A stretch of 64,000 bases of DNA, taken from Spirochaetia bacterium (lineage in GTDB: Bacteria; Spirochaetota; Spirochaetia; DSM-2461). Numbering within the stretch: the stretch's first letter is position 1; each line of letters opens with the position of its first letter. Under the pieces are notes generated by a model. The model had not been told where the DNA came from. It saw only the letters and a program-made list of their open reading frames with translations, and searched no databases. Below, piece by piece: positions 1-9,041 of this stretch. The stretch is taken from contig CAXXIA010000001.1 of NCBI GenBank assembly GCA_963666985.2, forward strand, positions 960,001 to 1,024,000, given 5' to 3'. Position numbers and translations under genes: made by a program.

Positions 1-2
1 CC

Positions 3-248
3 GACCCGACATCCGCCGCGGACAACAATGTTTTTCTGGCTTGGGGGTATGACTACTACAAGATGGGCCTGGCCACGGGACGTCTCATCCTTCGGATTCT
101 CGACGGTGCCGATCCTGCCTCCATTCCGACGCAGCTTCTGAGCTCCGTCGAGGATTTCGATCTTGTTCTGAACCTGAAGGTTGCTAAAGAACTCGGCATT
201 AACGTTCCCGCCGATCTGGTGGAAAAAGCCGCGACCGTTATCGAATAA
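3..248 (+). CDS. ABC transporter substrate-binding protein (putative Trp/Tyr-type), C-terminal part; truncated by window start
   Basis: Frame is open from position 3 (DPTSAADNNVFLAWGYDYYKMGLATG...LNLKVAKELGINVP..LVEKA), the typical C-terminus of this SBP family; followed by the cognate permease and ATPase. Confidence 0.85.
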   Translation, partial: DPTSAADNNVFLAWGYDYYKMGLATGRLILRILDGADPASIPTQLLSSVEDFDLVLNLKVAKELGINVPADLVEKAATVIE

Positions 249-261
249 CGGACGGATCTAA

Positions 262-1173
262 GTGATAGAAGGAATTTTCGTCGAGGGTCTTATCTACGGA
301 ATCATGGCTCTCGGCGTCTTTATTACGTTTCGCATTCTCGATTTCCCCGACTTAACCGTGGACGGCTCGTTCCCTCTCGGTGCGGCCGTAATGGCTACCT
401 CATTAGTTTCGGGACTTCCCATTTTAGTCGGTCTGGCACTGGCGATTTTCGCCGGAGCTTTGGCGGGCACCATTACCGCCGTGATTCATAACGAGCTCAA
501 GGTTCCTTCCCTTTTGGCGGGAATCCTGACGATGACCATGCTGTATTCCATCAACGTTCGGGTTCTGGGGAATAAAGCCAATCTTTCTCTCCTGAAAGAG
601 CGCCATCTGATAAAAGTATTATTGGAAGCCACCGAAGGAATCATGAATTCCTCGGCGGCGCAGCTGCTGTTTTTCGGCATCATCATTATTCTGCTTATTA
701 CGGCGCTGAACGCTTTCTTCCACAGCGATATAGGACTGACGCTGGGAGCACTCGGCGGAAACGAGCGTATGGTGGTGGCTCAGGGAACCAACCCGAAAGT
801 TCTTAAAATCATCGGTGTCGGTGTTTCCAATGCCCTCGTATCCCTTTCGGGAGCCTTTACGGCTCAATATCAAGGTTTTGCCGACGCCGGTTTGGGGACG
901 GGCATGGTCGTCAGCGGGCTGGCCATGGTGATGATCGGAGAATTCGTCATCCGGAGTTCCAAAATCCATTGGCTTCTGATCCGGGTTGTCGTCGGCGCCA
1001 TCGTTTATAAGGCCATCATGTTCGGCGGACGCTATTACGGATACATGATTCGATTAACACCCACCGATTTGAAGCTGGTAACCGGTCTGCTCATCATTAT
1101 TTCCCTGATTATTACGAAAACCGACATCGGAGCCCGAATCCGAGAACACAAAAAACGGAAGGCATCCCGATGA
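262..1173 (+). CDS. ABC transporter permease (putative Trp/Tyr transport system)
   Basis: Multi-TM protein with FRILDFPDLTVDGSFPLG and AQYQGFAD motifs. Confidence 0.9.
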   Translation: MIEGIFVEGLIYGIMALGVFITFRILDFPDLTVDGSFPLGAAVMATSLVSGLPILVGLALAIFAGALAGTITAVIHNELKVPSLLAGILTMTMLYSINVRVLGNKANLSLLKERHLIKVLLEATEGIMNSSAAQLLFFGIIIILLITALNAFFHSDIGLTLGALGGNERMVVAQGTNPKVLKIIGVGVSNALVSLSGAFTAQYQGFADAGLGTGMVVSGLAMVMIGEFVIRSSKIHWLLIRVVVGAIVYKAIMFGGRYYGYMIRLTPTDLKLVTGLLIIISLIITKTDIGARIREHKKRKASR

Positions 1174-1961
1174 TAAGCATGGATCATGTATCGCTCGTAT
1201 TCGGCGAAGGCACTCCGGATCGTGTCGAGGCTCTTAAAAATGTGACTTTAAATCTGGAGCGCGGTGATTTTCTTACGATAATCGGTTCCAACGGGGCGGG
1301 AAAAAGCAGTCTCTTTAATGCGCTCTCCGGACTCTACCCTCCTACTTCCGGACGAATTGAAAAAAACGGAAGCGATATTACCAAATGGCCCGAATATCGG
1401 CGGGCTTCCTTTATAGGCCGTGTTTTTCAAGATCCCCTGATGGGCACGGCCGGGAATATGAGTGTTCAGGACAACCTGACCATCGCAAGCTATAAAGGAA
1501 TGAAAAAGCTTCGAATCAGTCTGAACCGTAAAAAGAAGAGTGAATTCCGCGATCTTCTGGCGCAATTGGAGATGGGACTTGAAGAAAGAATGACCGATAA
1601 TGTCGGTCTTCTTTCCGGCGGTCAGAGACAGGCACTCACAATGCTGATGATGGTTCTCTCCTCTCCGGATCTGGTGCTTCTGGATGAACACACCGCGGCA
1701 TTGGATCCGCGTAACGCGGCGAAGGTTCTGGAACTCACATCCCGTTTCTATTCCGAATATGAACTCACCGTGATGATGGTAACACATGACATGCGCATGG
1801 CCATCGATTACGGAACTCGACTTGTGATGATGGACCGCGGAGAAATCATCCTTGAGGTTCAGGGTGAAGAGAAATCGAATTTGTCCGTAGACGAACTCGT
1901 AAAACGTTTCCATGATATACGAGGAAAAGATTTAACCAACGACGAAGCATTGCTGAGCTGA
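1170..1961 (+). CDS. ABC transporter ATP-binding protein
   Basis: Walker A GSNGAGKS, signature LSGGQRQ, Walker B LLDEHTAALDP; ATGA overlap with permease. Confidence 0.95.
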   Translation: MISMDHVSLVFGEGTPDRVEALKNVTLNLERGDFLTIIGSNGAGKSSLFNALSGLYPPTSGRIEKNGSDITKWPEYRRASFIGRVFQDPLMGTAGNMSVQDNLTIASYKGMKKLRISLNRKKKSEFRDLLAQLEMGLEERMTDNVGLLSGGQRQALTMLMMVLSSPDLVLLDEHTAALDPRNAAKVLELTSRFYSEYELTVMMVTHDMRMAIDYGTRLVMMDRGEIILEVQGEEKSNLSVDELVKRFHDIRGKDLTNDEALLS

Positions 1962-1997
1962 CTTCGTTTCAGTGAAATTAAAAGGAATACGGCCGAA

Positions 1998-2441
1998 ATG
2001 AAATTCGTAATAGCGAACGATCATGCTGCAATCGAATTGAAGATGGAAATCAAAGCATGGCTTGAAGAACACGGTCATAAAGTGGACGATCTCGGCGTCG
2101 GTCCGGGTGAACAAGCCGACTATCCCGATAAAGGTGTTCAAGCCGCCGAAGCCTACCTCTCGGGAGGCTATGATTACGGAATTGTCTGCTGCGGAACCGG
2201 TATAGGGATTTCCATAGCAGCGAATAAAGTGGACGGTATTCGCTGCGCCCTGCCGCAGAACGCCTATGCCGCGTCAATGGCCAAGGAGCATAATAACGCC
2301 AATATGATCGCCTTCGGAGGTCGTATAGATTATCAGGATTCTCCTTTGGTTATGCTGGAGGCCTTTCTCGGAGCCGAATACGGCGGAAACGAACGCCATG
2401 AGCGCCGCGTCGCCAAAATCATGGCGGTTGAAAAGAACTGA
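1998..2441 (+). CDS. rpiB: ribose-5-phosphate isomerase B (RpiB/LacA/LacB family)
   Basis: DH motif, DYPD, CGTGIG, ANKVDGIR, EHNNAN, RHERRV motifs. Confidence 0.9.
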   Translation: MKFVIANDHAAIELKMEIKAWLEEHGHKVDDLGVGPGEQADYPDKGVQAAEAYLSGGYDYGIVCCGTGIGISIAANKVDGIRCALPQNAYAASMAKEHNNANMIAFGGRIDYQDSPLVMLEAFLGAEYGGNERHERRVAKIMAVEKN

Positions 2442-2590
2442 CCGGACGGACTTTATTTTTTATTCGCCGCCGAGCCGTCTCTATAAAGGCTTCCCGCCGA
2501 CCGATTTTCATTAACCGAAAAGACACACACGCTTGCCCACGCCGCATTCGGTATCGGGAACATAGGCATAATCATTATTCGCCGGCCGGT

Positions 2591-3304
2591 TTATTCTTCG
2601 GTGTTTATCACCGTTTCCAGGGCCAATTCCATCATATCGGTGAAAGTCTTTTCGCGTTCTTCCGCGGTCGTTTCAACTCGGGTTACCAAACTGTCGCTTA
2701 CGGTAAGTAAACAGAGAGCCTTAACGTTGAACTCGGATGCAATTGTGTACAGAGCCGCCGCTTCCATTTCAACGGCAAGAACGCCATAAGAAGCCCAAAG
2801 CTTCCATGTATCCGGATTGGGATCATAAAAAGAATCCGATGATAAGATATTGCCGGCTTTAAGATTCAATCCGAGTTCTTCCGCCGATTTCGCCGCTTGA
2901 TGAATAAGGGACCAATCGGCAGTCGGAGCAAAATTCATGCCTCCAAGATGTTGAGAGGGCATTGAAGAATTCGTTGACGCACTCAAACCCATTACCAAAT
3001 CCCTGATTTCAACCGATTCCTGGATGGAACCGCAGGAGCCGACGCGAACCAAAATCTTGGCTCCGTAGGAATTAATCAGTTCGTGAACATAAATTGCGTG
3101 TGAAGGCATGCCCATGCCCGTTCCCTGAACCGAAATATTCACGCCCTTGTAGGTTCCGGTATATCCGTACATGCCTCTGACCTCGTTATAGCATTTAGCC
3201 CCCACAAGGTATTTCTCAGCGATGAAACGGGCCCTCATAGGATCTCCGGGAAGAAGCACGCGGGATGCGATTTCGCCTTCAGACGCTCCGATATGGACAC
3301 TCAT
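2591..3304 (-). CDS. deoD: purine-nucleoside phosphorylase (DeoD type)
   Basis: [28 protein letters not shown] motifs. Confidence 0.95.
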   Translation of the reverse strand: MSVHIGASEGEIASRVLLPGDPMRARFIAEKYLVGAKCYNEVRGMYGYTGTYKGVNISVQGTGMGMPSHAIYVHELINSYGAKILVRVGSCGSIQESVEIRDLVMGLSASTNSSMPSQHLGGMNFAPTADWSLIHQAAKSAEELGLNLKAGNILSSDSFYDPNPDTWKLWASYGVLAVEMEAAALYTIASEFNVKALCLLTVSDSLVTRVETTAEEREKTFTDMMELALETVINTEE

Positions 3305-3471
3305 GATTGTTCTCCGTAAATGATGAATTTATATTAGTCTTCCGTCCGCGGCGCCGCAAGCCGGTAAAAAAACAGGTATGCGAAAAGAGAATCTCGATTT
3401 AAGAAACAAACGGGAATCTCTTCCTTGAATCATTAGCGATTACGACTTTCATTTTATGAACATAAGATTCC

Positions 3472-4464
3472 CTATTGTTTTATGTAGCCGCTCATGTATT
3501 TCGCATCGCCGGCCATTTCCAGGATTTCAATATCCGAACCGTCAAGACGCAGCGATACCAGGTAGAGAAAATCCTCATTTCCCCAGGGCACGGCCCACAA
3601 TGTATTAAGAAACGGATTGTCGTTATCCCAGGTATTCGCGGTAAGAGAATCGACTTGAGAATACCCTCTCCCCTTTAAATCCGAAGTTAATGTTTTGATC
3701 CAGAAATCCAGGGACTGTTCGGGATAATTTTTCACCGACCGAACACAGAGGCGAACGCCTTCGGGCGACATGGCGATCCATTCGGGTCTTCGCTTTACTT
3801 CCGCGAATCCTTCGGGAAGAGAAATTGGAGCAGAACCGAACATCGACCCGCTTTGGAGGGAAATATTCATAAATCGGAAAAAATCGACCGCATTTATCCA
3901 GGGGAAGTTCGACGGACGGCTATCCGGAACGGAACTCTGCTGGAAACTAAGAGCCACCTGTATCGTTGCCATCCTTCTGTCGTGTTCAAGCTTTCGAAGA
4001 TAACCGCGGTATCCGTCTATTTCCGTCATCAGACGCCGAATTTCCTTTTCAAGTTCCAAGGTTCCTTCAACATCGGAGCTGTCCAAGTATTCCAGGTTTT
4101 TTGCCAAGACTTCTTCTCGCGCTTCCAAGGCTGATTTGGCATTAAGAAGATCTTCCCGCATATCCCAGGTGGCTTGATCGAATTGGATAACCGCTTCGCA
4201 GGTGTTTTCCAACACACCGCGAAATTCAGATACCGCTTCATCCGGTACCCGCAAACGCACGGATTCTTCCGATTTCCATGTGAAATAACCGCCCTTGTCA
4301 TTTGCCCAATTCGTTAAGACATCGGATACGGCGATACGGTCAAAAACCATAACCGCCGCGTCAACGCTGAGATGTAATGTATCCGCATCAGTTTCCGCGG
4401 CAAAGAGAAAACCGGCGGAGAAAAGCATCAGAAAGACTATCGATGAGCAGAGCAGTTTTCTCAT
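3472..4464 (-). CDS. exported DUF4349-like protein with extra C-terminal domain (paralog B)
   Basis: Signal peptide; GGY..., LRVP, coiled coil EKEIRRLMTEID, ATIQVAL pattern of DUF4349; ATGA overlap with upstream paralog. Confidence 0.7.
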   Translation of the reverse strand: MRKLLCSSIVFLMLFSAGFLFAAETDADTLHLSVDAAVMVFDRIAVSDVLTNWANDKGGYFTWKSEESVRLRVPDEAVSEFRGVLENTCEAVIQFDQATWDMREDLLNAKSALEAREEVLAKNLEYLDSSDVEGTLELEKEIRRLMTEIDGYRGYLRKLEHDRRMATIQVALSFQQSSVPDSRPSNFPWINAVDFFRFMNISLQSGSMFGSAPISLPEGFAEVKRRPEWIAMSPEGVRLCVRSVKNYPEQSLDFWIKTLTSDLKGRGYSQVDSLTANTWDNDNPFLNTLWAVPWGNEDFLYLVSLRLDGSDIEILEMAGDAKYMSGYIKQ

Positions 4465-5642
4465 TTCAGATCCCCTTCGGCGAAAGCCTTGTATATTGAG
4501 GTGAAATCCGCCGTTCCGTCGGGAGAAAAAATTTCCAGGATATGGATTTTTCGACCTTCCGCATAAACCCCGACATAGTATTTGAACGGATTCCGGTCTT
4601 TGCTGAGGAATTCGACGCCCAAAAAGTTGGAATCACCGACAGCAACGGTGCGTTCGATCGATTTCGCATAATATGGCCCCATATGATGGAAGAGCGCCTT
4701 TTGCCAAAAATCGCTGTCTCCGCGAGGACTGTTATCCACCGTGGAGAGAAATATTTGGACGCCATCGCTGTTTTCAGCCATAAAAACATTTTCTTTGTCG
4801 AAAACTGCGAAATCTCCACCCAAATCAATATCGAGATGTGCACGCAAATCGCTTCCGGCGGGTGAAAGAGGATCAAGGTAAGCGATCCAAGGGAATGGGA
4901 TCTCATATCGTTGTGCGGATCCTTGAATCCTTGGAGTGATTTGTACCGTGATTCTGGAAAAAGCCACACGAGCTTCCATCATGGCCATTTGCTGCTTCAG
5001 CGATTCTATTTCTTCGGTGAGTCGTCCTATTTCTTTGAGAATACGGGCCCGCTCGGCCGGATCCGTACTCTTTTCAAGAAGCGTATAGAGTCTTCGCCGG
5101 GTTTCTTCGGCGGTATTCAGATGTTGTGCAATATCCGAATAGGCTTCCGTTATATCCCAAGTTTCAACTCGGCTGTATTCGACATCTCCCAATGTAAGAA
5201 TAAAGTCAAAGACTTCGTTGAATCGTTCGGCCGGAATCCTTAAAACCACATAATCGGTATAGCTGCTTTCGACATATCCATTATTTTCCCGAGCCAAAAC
5301 TTCTAAATCCCGTCTTGATTCTTCGGTATCTTCAACAATGAGACCCGCCGAACCGTTATAGACGCGCATTCTCCGCTCTTCGTCTCCCGCCTGTGAAGAT
5401 TCCGATTCTTCCGATCCTTCCGTGAGAATCTCATCCGAAGTTTCGAAAGAATCCAATTTCTTTAAAGAATCATTCCGCGTCTGCAGCGGTGCCGAGGCGG
5501 CGGAGACTTCTTTGGAACCGGAAGAGCGGCTCTCAATGATTCCAAAGTCCTCCGAACGATTCGCGCATGAACTCATGGCACAGGAACTCAGCGATAACGC
5601 TATGAATGTGATGACTATTCCGAAAAACCCCAATCGTTTCAT
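4461..5642 (-). CDS. DUF4349-domain lipoprotein with extra C-terminal domain (paralog A)
   Basis: Start moved to MKRLGFFG (lipobox LSSC; TATGAT box 7 nt upstream); NGYVESS, LRIPAERF, DITEAYSD, EIESLK, VAFSRITV are DUF4349 hallmarks. Confidence 0.8.
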   Translation of the reverse strand: MKRLGFFGIVITFIALSLSSCAMSSCANRSEDFGIIESRSSGSKEVSAASAPLQTRNDSLKKLDSFETSDEILTEGSEESESSQAGDEERRMRVYNGSAGLIVEDTEESRRDLEVLARENNGYVESSYTDYVVLRIPAERFNEVFDFILTLGDVEYSRVETWDITEAYSDIAQHLNTAEETRRRLYTLLEKSTDPAERARILKEIGRLTEEIESLKQQMAMMEARVAFSRITVQITPRIQGSAQRYEIPFPWIAYLDPLSPAGSDLRAHLDIDLGGDFAVFDKENVFMAENSDGVQIFLSTVDNSPRGDSDFWQKALFHHMGPYYAKSIERTVAVGDSNFLGVEFLSKDRNPFKYYVGVYAEGRKIHILEIFSPDGTADFTSIYKAFAEGDLK

Positions 5643-5763
5643 AAGACTCATCATAAACCGCGGATCGAATGAAAACAAAAATAAGATGAGATTCGCTGCG
5701 GTTCTGTCAAAAAAGTAATTTTCATCAGTCATGAGGCGATGAAGATCGGATAACCTCTGGCAA

Positions 5764-5777
5764 TGTAAGCGCTTACA
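5764..5777. promoter_or_regulatory. LacI/GalR-family (cre-like) operator, distal
   Basis: Perfect 14-bp palindrome TGTAAGCGCTTACA with central CG. Confidence 0.7.
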
Positions 5778-6201
5778 GGTATACCGGAACGGAGCGCCGG
5801 AAATTAAATATAAACCGCCTAATATATTTTCATGTATACGTAAACGGAATGTTATATATCGATATCTCACTATACTTAGGTATCTTTTTCTGAGAAAGGA
5901 TTGAATCCTGTAATAAAACACGATTTTACGTGAATTAGCGTTTCCGCTTCTCTTGCATCGGATCGGATATTATCTTCTATACACTTACAATATAAAGATA
6001 TAAGCTCAATACAACGCTCGTAGCGATAGTTATGTTTAGATGGAAGATTGTATCGTTAAATATACAATCAATGTTTTTAGAATTTAAATATTGCAATTTC
6101 TAAATATTAAACCGGATATTGAAAAAACCAATTTGCTCAATTACAAATAAATACGAGGGTAAACGTTACGAATCTCAATAATGAGGTTAAACACATTTTT
6201 A

Positions 6202-6230
6202 TTGACATATGGAATTCACACTTGTAATGT
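6202..6230 (+). promoter_or_regulatory. sigma70 promoter of sugar ABC operon
   Basis: TTGACA (6202-6207), 17 bp, TAATGT (6225-6230); ATG at 6268. Confidence 0.7.
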
Positions 6231-6245
6231 GTAAGCGGTTACACA
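6228..6245. promoter_or_regulatory. LacI/GalR-family operator, proximal
   Basis: Near-perfect palindrome TGTGTAAGCGGTTACACA overlapping the -10 box and predicted +1. Confidence 0.8.
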
Positions 6246-6267
6246 CTCTTGGGAGAAAATAAGCAAT

Positions 6268-7776
6268 ATGAGTGATGAAATAATTCGCGTTGAGAACGTT
6301 TGTAAAAGTTTCTCAACCGTGGAAGTCCTTCATAGTGTCTCGTTCTCGATAAATCGCGGAGAAGTTCTCGGCATAATTGGAGAAAATGGCGCCGGAAAAT
6401 CCACAATGATGAAAATCCTCAGCGGGATTTACACATTGACTTCGGGAGAAATTATTTTTGAAGGTGAACATGTGCTTATACAAACTCCGGAAGAAGCCAA
6501 GAAACTGGGTATCAGCATAATCCCGCAGGAGTTTAACCTTATCAATGATTTATCAGTTTACAATAATGTGTTTCTCGGTTCCGAACTGACAAAGAAAAAC
6601 GGCTTCCTTGACAAGGAAGCGATGAAACGCCGTACCAGCGAACTACTCTCTTCCCTGGAAGTGGACATTTCTCCCGAAGAACAGATTGCCAATCTCAGTG
6701 CCGCTGAGAAGCAAATGGTGGAAATCAGTAAGGCGATTGCCTTTGAATCCAAGGTTCTCATAATGGATGAACCGACATCGGTTCTAACCAGTCATGAAAT
6801 CAATATTCTTTTCAACCTGATGCGAAAGCTCAAAGAAGGAGGATATACGATTGTTTATATCTCTCATAAACTTAAAGAAGTTAAAGAGATTTGCGATCGT
6901 GTTCTCGTTCTCAGGGATGGGAATTTTGTTCTCAATGAATCAATAAACGAGATTTCTCTGGAGACCATGGCGCAAAGCATGGTTGGACGAGAACTTTCAC
7001 AAATCTTCCCGAAAAAGACAAAACCATCAAGCGATTCCATTCTGCAAGTGAAGAATCTGGATATTGAAGGTGTTCTGAAAAATATCAATTTCGATCTGAA
7101 GAAAGGTGAAATACTCGGATTCGGAGGACTTGTCGGTGCCGGAAGGACTGAAGTTTCCGAAGCGATTATGGGACTAAGGAAATTAGCCAAAGGGCAAATC
7201 TTTATGCAGGGTGAACCTCTGGTTATTCGAAATCCTGAAGATGCGGTCAATGCCGGACTTGGATATTTGTCGGAAGATCGCCAGGGCAGCGGCATAATTA
7301 CTTCTTTTTCCGTTTCACACAATACAACATTGGTTTCTCTTCCGAAATATTCGAGGAATTTCTTGAAATGGATCGATAAAAATAAAGAAAAGGAAGCTTC
7401 CGAAAAATATCGTTCTCTTTTTAATTTAAAAACCGAATCACTTGATACGCCATTGGAATTCCTCAGCGGAGGCAATCAGCAGAAAGTATCGATGTCGAAA
7501 TCCATCGATTCGGAACCGATTGTGCTTATCGTCGATGAACCGACACGCGGAATAGATGTCTCCGCCAAGCAGGAGATTTATCAATTCATTCACGATCTTG
7601 TTGAAAAGGGAATCTCTTGTATTTTCATCTCTTCCGAAATGGAAGAATTGATCGGGATGTGCAACAGAGTCGTTGTGATGAAAGACGGACACATCACCGG
7701 GATTCTGGGAGGAGAGGATATCACGGAAGAAAAAATCATGCTTTATGCAACAGGAATCGTTGAGGAGGAAGCCTGA
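6268..7776 (+). CDS. monosaccharide ABC transporter ATP-binding protein (RbsA/MglA family)
   Basis: Two NBDs; GENGAGKST, MDEPT, SEDR, LSGGNQQK, DEPTRGID. Confidence 0.95.
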   Translation: MSDEIIRVENVCKSFSTVEVLHSVSFSINRGEVLGIIGENGAGKSTMMKILSGIYTLTSGEIIFEGEHVLIQTPEEAKKLGISIIPQEFNLINDLSVYNNVFLGSELTKKNGFLDKEAMKRRTSELLSSLEVDISPEEQIANLSAAEKQMVEISKAIAFESKVLIMDEPTSVLTSHEINILFNLMRKLKEGGYTIVYISHKLKEVKEICDRVLVLRDGNFVLNESINEISLETMAQSMVGRELSQIFPKKTKPSSDSILQVKNLDIEGVLKNINFDLKKGEILGFGGLVGAGRTEVSEAIMGLRKLAKGQIFMQGEPLVIRNPEDAVNAGLGYLSEDRQGSGIITSFSVSHNTTLVSLPKYSRNFLKWIDKNKEKEASEKYRSLFNLKTESLDTPLEFLSGGNQQKVSMSKSIDSEPIVLIVDEPTRGIDVSAKQEIYQFIHDLVEKGISCIFISSEMEELIGMCNRVVVMKDGHITGILGGEDITEEKIMLYATGIVEEEA

Positions 7777-7777
7777 C

Positions 7778-8773
7778 ATGGCGGCGAAGGAAGGAGCGGG
7801 AGTCATCTCCACCGCAAAGAGGATTTTCACTAAGGTTCAATGGCAGAAATATGCATCGTTTATCGCCTTGGTATTTCTGGTGATTTTGTCATCAATCTTA
7901 AGTCCCTATTTTCTGAAGCCGCAGAATCTCATCAATATAGTGAGACAGGTGTCGTATACGGGAATCATTGCGCTTGGAATGACATTCGTCATTATTACAG
8001 CGGGAATTGATCTTTCCGTCGGTTCCGTAGTCGCGTTCACGGGTTCCGTCGTGATTCTCTCAATGAATGCCTTTCTCAATGTCGTCGACAACGAGTTTTT
8101 CGGAGTTCTGCTGGGATTCATCATCGGTATCCTGGTGGGCGGTCTGTCGGGTGCGTTTAACGCATTCATGATAACAAAAGGAAAAATCGTACCCTTCATA
8201 GCCACCTTGGGGTCCATGGCTATTTTCAGGTCGTTAAGCCTTTTTATTGGAAATGCGGGAGAGATTCCGTCGCACAACGAGCTTTACGGTGAATTCGGGA
8301 TGGGAACGCTCCTTTTTATACCGGTTCCTGTTTTCTTCTTTATCGGACTTGCGGCGATTTTGCACCTTGTTTTGAACAACACTCGATATGGCCGCTATTT
8401 ATGCGCCGTCGGATCCAACCAGAAAGTCGCATTATTTTCGGCAATCAACGTCAACAAAATCAAATTCATCGCATATACGCTCATTGGCGTTTTGGTCGGG
8501 ATATCCGCCATTCTTTTGGGATCGCGATTCAATGCCGTCAGCACCTCCAATATGGGACTTTCCTATGAATTGGATGCGATCGCGGCGGTCATCATCGGCG
8601 GAACGGTGATGGCCGGCGGCCGGGGAACTATTTGGGGAACCGTATTCGGAGCGTTAATTCTCGGGATTATCAACAATATGCTCAATATGGTGGGTGTTTC
8701 TCCGTATCTTCAGGGAACCGTTAAGGGACTTGTCATCATCGCCGCGGTCTATGTTCAGAAACAGAAGCAGTAG
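7778..8773 (+). CDS. monosaccharide ABC transporter permease (RbsC family)
   Basis: GIDLSVGS, PFIATLG, YELDAIAAVIIGGT; start moved to ATG after GAGGAGG. Confidence 0.93.
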   Translation: MAAKEGAGVISTAKRIFTKVQWQKYASFIALVFLVILSSILSPYFLKPQNLINIVRQVSYTGIIALGMTFVIITAGIDLSVGSVVAFTGSVVILSMNAFLNVVDNEFFGVLLGFIIGILVGGLSGAFNAFMITKGKIVPFIATLGSMAIFRSLSLFIGNAGEIPSHNELYGEFGMGTLLFIPVPVFFFIGLAAILHLVLNNTRYGRYLCAVGSNQKVALFSAINVNKIKFIAYTLIGVLVGISAILLGSRFNAVSTSNMGLSYELDAIAAVIIGGTVMAGGRGTIWGTVFGALILGIINNMLNMVGVSPYLQGTVKGLVIIAAVYVQKQKQ

Positions 8774-9041
8774 AAACGGATGAAAAGAGCGTTCTTTCCA
8801 TTACGGCATCCCCTATCGTTGAGAACGATTTTCACAGGCGGTCTTTTAAAATGTTACGGAAACGGCCCTGCCGGTTATTCGGCATCGGATGATCTGAAGT
8901 TGTTCATAAACGGCTTTCGCCGCTTATGAGGATGATGAAATCCCGACGGACGGCGGTGAAGAGTTTCACAGCCAAACCCGCAGGATCATTATTGTAAACG
9001 ACCGACGTTTTTTGTCGGTAAAAACCTTATTGGAGGGATTT

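Noticed and set aside
5643..5921. N-terminal extension of the 486-aa ORF (likewise extensions of guaB, purB, folD, gap, murI, ntpD)
   Set aside because: Extensions run through promoters, operators or upstream genes; signal peptides, RBS or -10 positions and family N-termini support the shorter starts
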